A stretch of DNA of 64,000 nucleotides. Source: Acidobacteriota bacterium (GTDB lineage Bacteria; Acidobacteriota; UBA6911; RPQK01; JAJDTT01). Below are positions 7,860-17,028 of the stretch, piece by piece (position 1 is the first letter of the stretch; every line of letters starts with the position of its first letter). Position numbers and translations under genes: made by a program. The DNA is taken from contig OZ253580.1 of the NCBI GenBank assembly GCA_965263035.1, positions 1,536,001-1,600,000 on the forward strand, in the 5' to 3' direction. Under the pieces are notes generated by a model. The model made no database searches, was not told the origin of the DNA, and saw nothing but the letters and a program-made list of their open reading frames with translations.

Positions 7860-10571
7860 TCAAAAGGAGTATTTTAGCGCGACTTCGATCTCCCGGGAAC
7901 GATGAGCTCCGAAGATCTTTCCGAAGAGTGACGTCCCGACCACTGCCTCGGGTCGGAGGAAGTTGACCTGGTTGAAGGCATTGAAGAGTTCCACACGAAT
8001 CTCCACCAGATCGCCGTTGATCAGCCGGGTCTGCTTGATGAGGCTGATATCCCACGCATGATAACCGGGCCGCCTCAGGATGTTTCGGCCGGAATTACCG
8101 AAGGCATAGGGAGCCGGTTCAGTAAAGTCGCCGATCGGGAACCACATGTCCACCGAGGATTCGAACCGGTCGCCCGGCGTGATGGCGATCCGGTCCGCCC
8201 GGTCTCCCCCAAGGCCGTCGTTGTTCCCGTCTCCCGGCCCGTAGACACTGAAGGGTGTCCCGTCCTGGATGCGGGTAATCCCCGACAGGCGCCAGCCGTC
8301 CACCAACTGCAGCAATGGGTTCCGTCCCTCGGAATCCAGTGTCCGCTCCCGGCCCGGAGGCAGGTCGATGATGTAGTTCAAGGAGAACTGCCGAATCGGG
8401 ACCCCGCGGGACGACGCCCTCTCGGCCTCCAGGTCTCGAGGGTTCGACGGTTCTCGGGAAAAACGATCATCCAGGGAACGGTGGAAGGTAAAGGCCGACC
8501 TGAGAGATACGCCGTCGCTCAGCCGCCGCTCCGCCGCCAGATTCATCTGGTGGCTGTTCCCGGAGGATGCACCGGTCAGGATCTCAAACCGGCCGTAAGC
8601 GGGGTTCGGACGCCGCGACTGGATGGGGCCCGGCGCCGGGAGGGGGACGTTTCCGGGAAGCACCCGGCTCCACCCGGTTCTCCTGTTCCCGTAGTAGGAG
8701 GCCTGTAAATGCCAGACCTCCTTGAAGTCGTTCTCCAGAGTCAACCTCCAGGCCTGAACGTAAGGAGTTCTCAGCCGGGTCTCGATACCCCGGACCACCA
8801 GCTCGGGAGGCGCTACGTTCTCGAATGGATTCGCCAGATCCAGATCGGGACTGTCTACCGGGGATTGGGCACTCTCCGTATAGTAGAAAGGATAGTTCTT
8901 CCCCAGATAGCGGCTGAAGCTATTGCTCCCGACTACCGAGTAGTAGAGGGAGTAGGAGGCCCGGAGCACCATCCGGTTGGTCCTGAAGGGTTTGTAGGAC
9001 AAGCCGATCCGGGGCGCCCAGTCGTTGCGATCGGGGAATACCAGTCCGCCCTTCCCTGCCTTTCCCAGGCCGAGAGCCCGGGCTTCGGGGCTGTCGGCCA
9101 CGACGATCCGGCCCGCGGGCGGGGGTTCGAACAGGAGCGGAAAGAAACCGGAGATGTTGTCACTGGTGGACCGGTAGGGCGAAGTGTATTGATAGGAGAC
9201 CCCACCCGTCAGCGCCAGAATCGGACTCACCCGCCACCGGTCCCGGATATAGGCCTGCCATTGGTTGCGGCGCAAGTCGGTCCTGTCCGATCCGACCGTC
9301 CGCGAGGCCACACTGGGTAGCCCCAGAACGAAATCCGAAAACCCGTCACCGGTGTAGAACCCGCTGAATTCGAATTCGCCGCGGCCGCGGCCTTCGATAT
9401 GGGTGTCATTGAGCTGACGGTTGACCAGGCTCGTTGCGATGGTCAGGGTGTGCTCCCTGAGCACCGTAGTGGTGGAGTACGAAACGGAATACCGGTTGCT
9501 GAGCCACTTGTAGGGAGACCTCGAATCCCCGAAGGAAGCGTAACCGGTGACGTCGAAGTCGGGGTAGCCTTCGGTCAGGGCATCGGGAGCTGCCAGTCCG
9601 GAAATACCCATCGACTCCAGGAGACCTGCCCGGCCGGAGTTGGGTGACGCGCTCAGGCCCAGGTAGCGATTGTATCCGATGGAGCCTTGGGTGACCCACC
9701 GGCTCCCCAGGGTCCGGTTGTGGGAGAGGCTCACGGATTGGCTGCGGAGCGTCCGATTCCAGCCGAAGGCGGGGAGGGGATGGACCAACTTCCCGTCGCC
9801 GTCCATCAGCGAGTACCGGAGGTAGCTCTTGGCATCGTCGTCGCCGGCATAGTCGAATCGAAAGAGATAGGTGTCCCGGTTGGTCACCCGGGGCTGGTTG
9901 TTGACGAAATTCCGGTCGGGGTCCGGGCGATTGGGATCGGGAATCACCGGGAACAGGTTCCGGGCGACCGGATGCAACCGGCTCTGAGGAATCTGATTTC
10001 CGGGAAATGGTTCTCCCGTCACCGGATCGACAAGGGGGGTCTCGATGCTGCTGAAATCACCCTGCTTCATCTCCGGAACGGGTACGTGGGAAAGGAGGGT
10101 CGATCCCTGGATGATGCGCAGGCTCTGGAGACTACCGAACAGGTTGATCTTGTCTCCAACCCGAACCCCCAGACTGGCCCCGAACTCGTTTCTCTTGTAT
10201 TCCGGGAGCGGCTGCCCTCCGGGATCGAAGAAGTTTCGCGCATCGAGATTGTCGTTCCGGTGAAACCAATACACCGAACCGTTCAATCTCCCGGACTGTT
10301 TGGCGGGAAACGGGTTGACCATCTCCGCCAGCGAGGAGGTCGAGGTCGAGACGGCCGTTTCGCGGGCCAGTCCGATCTGATAGTCGCGGATCTGATCCAG
10401 GGAGCTCTTCCCGGAACCGGCGCCACTCCCCTGGGAAGCTGCGTCGCCCTGCTGGGGCTTGGCCCGGGCCGAACCCTGATCCCAGATGCCGATCACGAGC
10501 CCAAAGGCGAGCACCGAGTTCAAGACCCGAGACACACCGGCGCCCATCCAGGCTCCACGATGCATATTCAT
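7860..10571 (-). CDS. Oar-type TonB-dependent outer-membrane beta-barrel, short N-terminus
   Basis: HRNDNLDARNFF, APRIG, ELFNAFNQVNF, C-terminal LKYSF; start inferred downstream of the neighbouring gene. Confidence 0.85.
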   Translation of the reverse strand: MNMHRGAWMGAGVSRVLNSVLAFGLVIGIWDQGSARAKPQQGDAASQGSGAGSGKSSLDQIRDYQIGLARETAVSTSTSSLAEMVNPFPAKQSGRLNGSVYWFHRNDNLDARNFFDPGGQPLPEYKRNEFGASLGVRVGDKINLFGSLQSLRIIQGSTLLSHVPVPEMKQGDFSSIETPLVDPVTGEPFPGNQIPQSRLHPVARNLFPVIPDPNRPDPDRNFVNNQPRVTNRDTYLFRFDYAGDDDAKSYLRYSLMDGDGKLVHPLPAFGWNRTLRSQSVSLSHNRTLGSRWVTQGSIGYNRYLGLSASPNSGRAGLLESMGISGLAAPDALTEGYPDFDVTGYASFGDSRSPYKWLSNRYSVSYSTTTVLREHTLTIATSLVNRQLNDTHIEGRGRGEFEFSGFYTGDGFSDFVLGLPSVASRTVGSDRTDLRRNQWQAYIRDRWRVSPILALTGGVSYQYTSPYRSTSDNISGFFPLLFEPPPAGRIVVADSPEARALGLGKAGKGGLVFPDRNDWAPRIGLSYKPFRTNRMVLRASYSLYYSVVGSNSFSRYLGKNYPFYYTESAQSPVDSPDLDLANPFENVAPPELVVRGIETRLRTPYVQAWRLTLENDFKEVWHLQASYYGNRRTGWSRVLPGNVPLPAPGPIQSRRPNPAYGRFEILTGASSGNSHQMNLAAERRLSDGVSLRSAFTFHRSLDDRFSREPSNPRDLEAERASSRGVPIRQFSLNYIIDLPPGRERTLDSEGRNPLLQLVDGWRLSGITRIQDGTPFSVYGPGDGNNDGLGGDRADRIAITPGDRFESSVDMWFPIGDFTEPAPYAFGNSGRNILRRPGYHAWDISLIKQTRLINGDLVEIRVELFNAFNQVNFLRPEAVVGTSLFGKIFGAHRSREIEVALKYSF

Positions 10572-10609
10572 CTTGCGAAACGAAGGAACGGCAGGACGAT
10601 GGGAGGGGA

Positions 10610-11341
10610 TCACAACACGAGCGCCCCTTCCACCAACATGTCGGAAACCAAAAAATTGACGTGCAACCGACGGTACACCGACGAAATGTTGACCTCGAAA
10701 TTGACTTCCTTCTGGTCCGGCGAAACCACCGGAACACCGTCGATCCGACGGGGAAAGACGAACTTGGCCCCCACTGCCTCCTCTCTGGGGGCGAAGTAGG
10801 CGGCCAGTTCGATCCGCGGAAAGCCCTCGGTGGCCAGATACGCCCGGTCTCTCATGGTCTCCAGCGTTTGGGAATCGAAGAAACGCTTCACGCTGAGCTC
10901 CATGTTGGGGTTGTTGGACCGGAAACTGATGGTGACCACGATCCAACGGCTCACGTCCAAGTTCAGACCGGGGGCGATGCCGGCATCGAGACGGATCTTC
11001 TCTGCCCGTGTCATCTCGTCGTAGCCGTTTTGAATCTGTTGAATACGAGCATAGGCGCGACGGATGGGCGGGGCCGAAAGCAGCCGGACGAAGAAGGTAT
11101 TGAAGATTTCCTTTTCCCCGTGAATCCCGCTGCCGACACCTCCCACGACTCGGGTATAGGTCTGCTTCCGGGCCCAGGGAGACCGGTTCAGGATCCGGGT
11201 GGCTTCAGCCAGAGTCCAGCTGGAGAAACCCTTTTGCAGGATCTGTCGGGTATCCGGAACGGCGGCGGCGACCGACAAACCGAGCAGTGAGATCAGGCCC
11301 GCTCGCAGCAGCAATGGAACTCCTCGAAAGATTCCGGTCAA
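10610..11341 (-). CDS. Hypothetical exported protein
   Basis: Signal-like N-terminus; 39 bp upstream of the TonB barrel gene. Confidence 0.65.
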   Translation of the reverse strand: MTGIFRGVPLLLRAGLISLLGLSVAAAVPDTRQILQKGFSSWTLAEATRILNRSPWARKQTYTRVVGGVGSGIHGEKEIFNTFFVRLLSAPPIRRAYARIQQIQNGYDEMTRAEKIRLDAGIAPGLNLDVSRWIVVTISFRSNNPNMELSVKRFFDSQTLETMRDRAYLATEGFPRIELAAYFAPREEAVGAKFVFPRRIDGVPVVSPDQKEVNFEVNISSVYRRLHVNFLVSDMLVEGALVL

Positions 11342-11483
11342 TCCCCTCAGTCAGGAACTCACACTCCGCCGGACCGCGCCTGTCAAACCCGGCGACGGCT
11401 TACGAAAAGCTTAACATATACGACTGCGCTCCCCGCAGGCCGGAGAGCATGAAGATCGAATGAGCGGGTGACGGCGTTGCCCG

Positions 11484-13019
11484 TCAGGTGCCGGATGAAC
11501 CGATCGATTCGGGCCTGTAGCCTCCCCGCGAGCGGAAATAGGCGATCAAGATGAGATAGCAGGCCAGCATGATGAGGGGAAGCACCGCGATCCTGGCCAG
11601 CGTCCCCTGTTTGGAGACCACCACCACCTCGCCGACCCGCTCCCGGCTCTCCTGGTCGAGACTTCCCAATACGGACTGGTCCAAGGCGTTGTACCGCCCC
11701 AGAAGTCCCAGCTTCTCGGTCATGACCTGGGTGTGCAGGGCCTGGTCCTCCTGCTTCATCATGCGATCGAACGCCTGGTCCTGAAAGGTGCCGATCAGGG
11801 GTCCGCCCAGAACCCCCACCGCCAGCATCCCGACCCCCGCGATGGCGTTGAGGGTCAAGGCCCCGCCGCGGGGAAAGGACTCGCTCACGACTCCCAGAGT
11901 CGCCGGCCAGAAGAAGGTCTTGCCCACGCCGTAGAGAGTGGCGGCCAGGAAAACCACTGAGGCGGCCTGGCCGGCCGAGGACAACCAGTAGAGGCCGCCC
12001 GCGGCGATGAGAGCCGAGGCGGCCAGCAGGCCCAAGGGGGAGATGCGGTGGGTGATGGGACCGGCGAAGAAGCGAAGGATGAACATGATGAGCGAGGTGT
12101 AGATCAGCACCAGGGCGCCGGCGTTGGGACTGGCCAGCACGTAGCTCATCAGGTCGGCGATCCAACTGTCGGTCCCCAACTCGGTGGTCGCGAGGGGCAT
12201 CATGATCAGCAGCAGGAAGATGAACATGGGCCTGCCCAGCGAGCGGACGAAGTACATGAACGCGGCCGTCGGCGCCAAGACCAGGACCACCTGCATCCAC
12301 GGTTCGAGTGCGCTCTGGTGGACCAGCAGGATCTGATCCAGTCCCTGCACCAGCAGATAGCAGACGATCAGGCAACTCGCCGCGCCGAATTCCCGGAGCA
12401 TGTCCAGGTAGGGGACTCCGGCGGCCACCCGCTCCTGGACGGGAAACTTCCGGCCCAGCAGCAGGAACCCGTAGAGAATGGTGGGAATCACCACCAGACC
12501 CACCTTCCACTGCCAAAGACTGCCAGGAAGCCCTCCCAGGGTGTCCCCCGTTCCCAGGGTCATGGCCAGAAGCCCGCCCAGGACCAGACCTCCGGGCCAG
12601 CCGGCGTGGAGCACGCTCAAGTAGTGAGTCTTCTGCTTGTCGTAGATGGTGGCCACCACCGGATTGATCACCGCTTCGACGATCCCGTTGGAGAGGGCGA
12701 ACAGGAAGGTGCCCAGGTACAGGGTCGAGAAGTCTCCGGCGAAAATGGTGATCACGGCTGAGGCCAGGTGACCCGCGAAGGCCAGCACCATGGAGACTCC
12801 GTAACCGATCCGGTCCACCACCAGACTGAAGAGAATGATGGAGATGGCAAAGGGGTAGAGCCCCGCTCCCACCAGGTACCCGATCTGTTCCCCGCTGAGA
12901 TTGAACTGGGCCCGCCAGTCATCCAGGATCATGGCTCGAACCACAAATCCGAAGGCGGTGGCCACCAGCGCAAAGAAACACCCCAGAAACAGCCTTCGTC
13001 CGCCGATTCCATTCGACAT
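11484..13019 (-). CDS. MFS sugar transporter (FucP-like)
   Basis: DRIGY, NGIVEAVINP and HAGWPGG motifs; many TM segments; AAAGGTGG before ATG 13019. Confidence 0.85.
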   Translation of the reverse strand: MSNGIGGRRLFLGCFFALVATAFGFVVRAMILDDWRAQFNLSGEQIGYLVGAGLYPFAISIILFSLVVDRIGYGVSMVLAFAGHLASAVITIFAGDFSTLYLGTFLFALSNGIVEAVINPVVATIYDKQKTHYLSVLHAGWPGGLVLGGLLAMTLGTGDTLGGLPGSLWQWKVGLVVIPTILYGFLLLGRKFPVQERVAAGVPYLDMLREFGAASCLIVCYLLVQGLDQILLVHQSALEPWMQVVLVLAPTAAFMYFVRSLGRPMFIFLLLIMMPLATTELGTDSWIADLMSYVLASPNAGALVLIYTSLIMFILRFFAGPITHRISPLGLLAASALIAAGGLYWLSSAGQAASVVFLAATLYGVGKTFFWPATLGVVSESFPRGGALTLNAIAGVGMLAVGVLGGPLIGTFQDQAFDRMMKQEDQALHTQVMTEKLGLLGRYNALDQSVLGSLDQESRERVGEVVVVSKQGTLARIAVLPLIMLACYLILIAYFRSRGGYRPESIGSSGT

Positions 13020-13088
13020 GAATCCACCTTTCGTCTGAACCGGATCAATACGTGGCAGCCCGGAAGGGTCCGCTCCGACGTCTACGAA

Positions 13089-13117
13089 AGTTTGAGCCCG
13101 CCGCCGGCAAGTGTCAA
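13089..13117 (-). promoter_or_regulatory. sigma70-like promoter of the MFS gene
   Basis: TTGACA-N17-CAAACT. Confidence 0.5.
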
Positions 13118-13377
13118 TCGCCGCCCCACTCTCTTCTGAGAAACCGAGGAAAGAGCAAAGAGGAAAGAGAAAAAAGTGAAGAAAGGCGCGTAGTTTACGC
13201 GTAGCGGGCACCTCTACCGAAAACGATCTGGTTAAGGATTCTGGAGCCAGATTGGTTCGAAGGCTTGTTTCTTCCATGAATCCTCCGGAGCCGAGCCGGT
13301 GAGGGAGCTTTCCTCTTTCCTTCCCGGCTTGGTAGGATCTGGACCCTGTCCGGTACCGGGCGACAAGACCACGCGAG

Positions 13378-15846
13378 ATGGAGACCACCTGCGTCATTCT
13401 CTGCGGCGGACACGGTAGGCGCATGGGCTCCTCCCGGCACCACAAGGTCTGTTTTCCCATCGCCGGCGTCCCGGCCATCGTTCGCATCATCGACACCCTC
13501 AAGGCCGCCGGTCTGAAACATTTTCTGCTGGTCGTGGGCCAACAGGCCGTCGACGTCATGGAGACGGTGACCCAAGTCCACCCCGACGTCTCCTTCGCCT
13601 ACCAACCCGAAGCTCTGGGTACGGGACATGCGGCCGAGTGCGCCGCCCGGGTCCTTCGCGACCGGCGTGCCGACGGCGACATCCTGATCACCATGGGAGA
13701 CAAGGTCATTCAGACCCACGTGGTGAGAGACCTGATGGAACGCCACCGGGCGGAGGCCGCCGACCTGACGCTTGCGGCTCTCGCCAAGGAGCCGAACAGC
13801 ACCGCCGGCCGGATCCTGCTGGACTCGGAGTCACGGCCCCTGGCCGTGGTCGAGCTGGCCGACATCCGCCGCTCATCGGAGACCGGGGTCCCCATCACGG
13901 TCGCGGGTCAGGAGATTTCCGGCGCCGAAGTCGAGTCCGGGAGCCGATTGCTCAACACCTCCCTCTACCTCTTCAGAGCCGAAACCCTGCACGCCTCCCT
14001 GTCGGGCCTCGCGGCCGGCAACGCCCAACAGGAGCTCTATCTGACGGACACGGTCGAGCAGGTTTCCGGAACCGGGGGCACGACCTCGGTCCTGGAGGTG
14101 GCCGATCCCCAGGATCTCATGGGCTTCAACACCCCGGAGGAGCTGCTCCGAATCGAGGAGACCCTGGGTCGGCGCAAGCTCCTCAGAGACGGTCCGTCGG
14201 AGCCTGTCCCCCGGATCGACCCGGGCCGCCTGAAACCGGCGGGCGAATGGCTGGAGATCCTGGACCGGAAGCCCTCGTCCCTGCGGCGCTCTCTGACACA
14301 GGTCTACGGCTTGGACGGAGTCCTCCTGGAGCCGCGCATTCGTGCCTACCGGCGCCTGCTGGAACGGTTCATCGACAGCCATGGCGCCTCTCGTCCCGTG
14401 GTCCTGGCCCGAGCTCCGGGCCGCCTCAACCTCATGGGACGGCACGTGGACCACCGGGGCGGCTACGTGAATACCATGGCCATCAACCGGGAGATCCTGT
14501 TGGCGGCCTCTCCCCGGGACGACGACAGCGTCAGCCTTCGGCACCTCTCTGCGGACGAATTTCCCGAAAGAACCTTTCGCATCCGCGATCTGCTGCCGGA
14601 CACCGACTGGCTCGCCTGGATGGACTTCATCAGTTCCTATACCGTCAACCAGTTTCTCAGCGTCTCGCGGGGTGACTGGAGCAACTACGCCCGGGCCGCC
14701 GTGCTGAGACTCCAGCACGCCTACCCGCACCGCCGGTTGCGGGGAATGGACTGCGTCGTCTGGGGGGACATCCCGCTGGGAGCCGGCCTCTCCAGCAGCT
14801 CGGCTCTGGTGGTGGCCATGGCGGAGGCGTCGGTGGCCCTCAACCGGTTGGCACTGACGACGCGGCAATTCGTGGATCTGTGCGGTGAAGGGGAATGGTT
14901 TGTCGGGTCCCGGGGCGGAATCGCCGACCAGGCCGCCATCCGAGGCGGCGAGAGGGACAAGGTCAGCAAGATCGGATTCTTTCCGTTCCGGATCGAAGAG
15001 ACCATCGCCCTGCCCCCGGAGCTGTCGGTCATCATCGCCAACAGTCAGGTCACCGTATCCAAAAGCCATGAGGCCAGACACACCTTCAATCACCGGGTGG
15101 CCTGCTACGACCTGGCCGAGATGCTGCTGCGCAAGAATGCGTCCTTCCTGACATCCATGAAACACCTCAGGGATCTCGACCCCAGGAAGCTGGGTCTGTC
15201 CCGGGCCGAGATCTACCGCCTGCTGAAACAGCTGCCCCCAGAAACCGACCGCCAGAGTCTTCTGAAGCAGCTGCCGGACCAGACCGATCGAGTCGAGGAG
15301 ATCTTCTCGACCCACGACGACGTGGGGAAATATCCCCTGAGAGGGGTCGCCCTCTTCGGCCTCACCGAGTGCCGGCGGAGCGACCGCTTCTCTCGTCTCT
15401 TGAAGGACCGCGATTTTTCCCAGATCGGAGAAATGATGCGGGTCAGCCACGACGGCGATCGCATCGTGCGGTATCACCGGGGCCGATCCCGGCCTTACGC
15501 CGCGGCATGTGACGACCGGCAATTGGACCGTCTGATCCGGGACTCCTTCGCTCCGGACTCCACCAGGAGGGAGTACGCGAGCCTCTGGATGCAGCCGGGC
15601 AGCTACTCCTGCTCCACTCCGAAGATCGATCGGATCGTGGATCTGGCCGGTGCCCAATCCGGGGTCGTGGGGGCTCAACTGTCCGGCGCGGGTCTGGGGG
15701 GGTGCGCCATGATACTGGTCCGAACCGAAGCGGTGGAGCGAATTCTCGCCCACCTGACCCGCACCTTTTATGCGGCCCAGGGCCTGGAGGTCGAGGCCTA
15801 CGTCTGCCGGCCCGTGGCGGGAAGCGGTCTCATCGACTGCCGTTGA
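13378..15846 (+). CDS. Bifunctional sugar-1-phosphate nucleotidyltransferase (GlmU N-like) / GHMP sugar kinase
   Basis: ILCGGHGRRM...K, QPEALGTGHA and ELYLTD, then RAPGRLNL, PLGAGLSSS and SGAGLGG motifs. Confidence 0.88.
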   Translation: METTCVILCGGHGRRMGSSRHHKVCFPIAGVPAIVRIIDTLKAAGLKHFLLVVGQQAVDVMETVTQVHPDVSFAYQPEALGTGHAAECAARVLRDRRADGDILITMGDKVIQTHVVRDLMERHRAEAADLTLAALAKEPNSTAGRILLDSESRPLAVVELADIRRSSETGVPITVAGQEISGAEVESGSRLLNTSLYLFRAETLHASLSGLAAGNAQQELYLTDTVEQVSGTGGTTSVLEVADPQDLMGFNTPEELLRIEETLGRRKLLRDGPSEPVPRIDPGRLKPAGEWLEILDRKPSSLRRSLTQVYGLDGVLLEPRIRAYRRLLERFIDSHGASRPVVLARAPGRLNLMGRHVDHRGGYVNTMAINREILLAASPRDDDSVSLRHLSADEFPERTFRIRDLLPDTDWLAWMDFISSYTVNQFLSVSRGDWSNYARAAVLRLQHAYPHRRLRGMDCVVWGDIPLGAGLSSSSALVVAMAEASVALNRLALTTRQFVDLCGEGEWFVGSRGGIADQAAIRGGERDKVSKIGFFPFRIEETIALPPELSVIIANSQVTVSKSHEARHTFNHRVACYDLAEMLLRKNASFLTSMKHLRDLDPRKLGLSRAEIYRLLKQLPPETDRQSLLKQLPDQTDRVEEIFSTHDDVGKYPLRGVALFGLTECRRSDRFSRLLKDRDFSQIGEMMRVSHDGDRIVRYHRGRSRPYAAACDDRQLDRLIRDSFAPDSTRREYASLWMQPGSYSCSTPKIDRIVDLAGAQSGVVGAQLSGAGLGGCAMILVRTEAVERILAHLTRTFYAAQGLEVEAYVCRPVAGSGLIDCR

Positions 15847-15870
15847 CCCGCAGGAGGAAGGCGAGAAGAC

Positions 15871-17028
15871 ATGGAATCCACCCGGTATGAAGGTCGAGAC
15901 TATCGGACCGGCAACTCCGTCTCCGTCGGCGTGACGGGTGAGACCATCATCGATGTCCGGCCGGAGGTCCGCGCCGAGCCCGGCCTCTGGATCGCTCCGG
16001 CCCTGTTGGACATCCAGCTCAATGGCTTCGGAGGTTACGGGTTCAACGAAGCGGAGACTTCGCCGGAATCGGTGGTGCAGGTGGTCCGGAGTCAGTGGCG
16101 GGCCGGAATCGGCGCCTTCCTGCCCACCGTGACCACCCACTCCCGGGACCGGATGCTTCGATCCGTGAGAGCCATCACCGGTGCTTGCCGCGATCCCCGG
16201 ATCCGCCGCTCGATCCTGGGAATCCACCTGGAGGGTCCCCACATCTCACCCCTGGACGGCCCCCGGGGAGCTCATCCGCTGGAACATGTCCGGCTTCCCG
16301 CGTGGGACGAATTCCTCCGGATGCAGGAAGCCGCCAACGGCGAAGTTCTGCTGGTGACGCTGGCTCCCGAGCTGGAGGGAACCGTCCCCTTCATAGAGCG
16401 CCTGGTGGACGCAGGCGTCGTGGTCGCCATCGGCCACACCAACGCCTCGGCACACGACCTGGACGCCGCCATCGAGGCCGGCGCCCGGCTCTCGACCCAC
16501 CTGGGAAACGGGGCCCACTCGTTACTTCCCCGGCATCCCAACTACATCTGGGAGCAACTGTCCAGAGATCGCCTCGACTGCAGCGTCATCGCCGACGGAC
16601 ACCACCTCCCCGCTTCCGTTCTCAAGTGCATTCTGCGGTGCAAGGGAGTGGAGCGCACCATCCTCATCAGCGACGCCGTCACCCCGGCCGGACTGCCTCC
16701 CGGCACCTATCCGGCGGCGGGGGGAGAGGTGGAGGTGGCCGCCAACGGCCGGATCTCACTGGCCGGAACGCCCTACCTGGCCGGGGCCGGAGCCCATCTG
16801 GGCCAAGGCGTTTCCAAACTGGTCCGCATGGGAGTGGCATCCCGCCGGGACGCCCTTCGGATGGCCAGTCTCCATCCCGCCCGGCTCCTCGCTCGAGACG
16901 ACCGGATGGGAGCCTTGGAAGCGGGGAAACTGGCCAACCTGATTCAGTACTCGTGGACGGACGAGGGGATCCGCGTCCATCGAACCGTGGTCGGCGGTCA
17001 GGTGGTCTTCGGCGACGGCGCCGATTGA
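15871..17028 (+). CDS. nagA: N-acetylhexosamine-6-phosphate deacetylase family
   Basis: DIQLNG, GIHLEGP, TLAPE, GHT, THLGN and DGHH motifs. Confidence 0.85.
   Translation: MESTRYEGRDYRTGNSVSVGVTGETIIDVRPEVRAEPGLWIAPALLDIQLNGFGGYGFNEAETSPESVVQVVRSQWRAGIGAFLPTVTTHSRDRMLRSVRAITGACRDPRIRRSILGIHLEGPHISPLDGPRGAHPLEHVRLPAWDEFLRMQEAANGEVLLVTLAPELEGTVPFIERLVDAGVVVAIGHTNASAHDLDAAIEAGARLSTHLGNGAHSLLPRHPNYIWEQLSRDRLDCSVIADGHHLPASVLKCILRCKGVERTILISDAVTPAGLPPGTYPAAGGEVEVAANGRISLAGTPYLAGAGAHLGQGVSKLVRMGVASRRDALRMASLHPARLLARDDRMGALEAGKLANLIQYSWTDEGIRVHRTVVGGQVVFGDGAD

Noticed and set aside
13140-13186. Purine-rich tract (also ~44170-44210)
   Set aside because: Low complexity, with no repeat unit or structure to support a function
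16998-17028. 31-bp convergent overlap of nagA and recQ
   Set aside because: Short 3' overlaps are common and involve non-conserved tails
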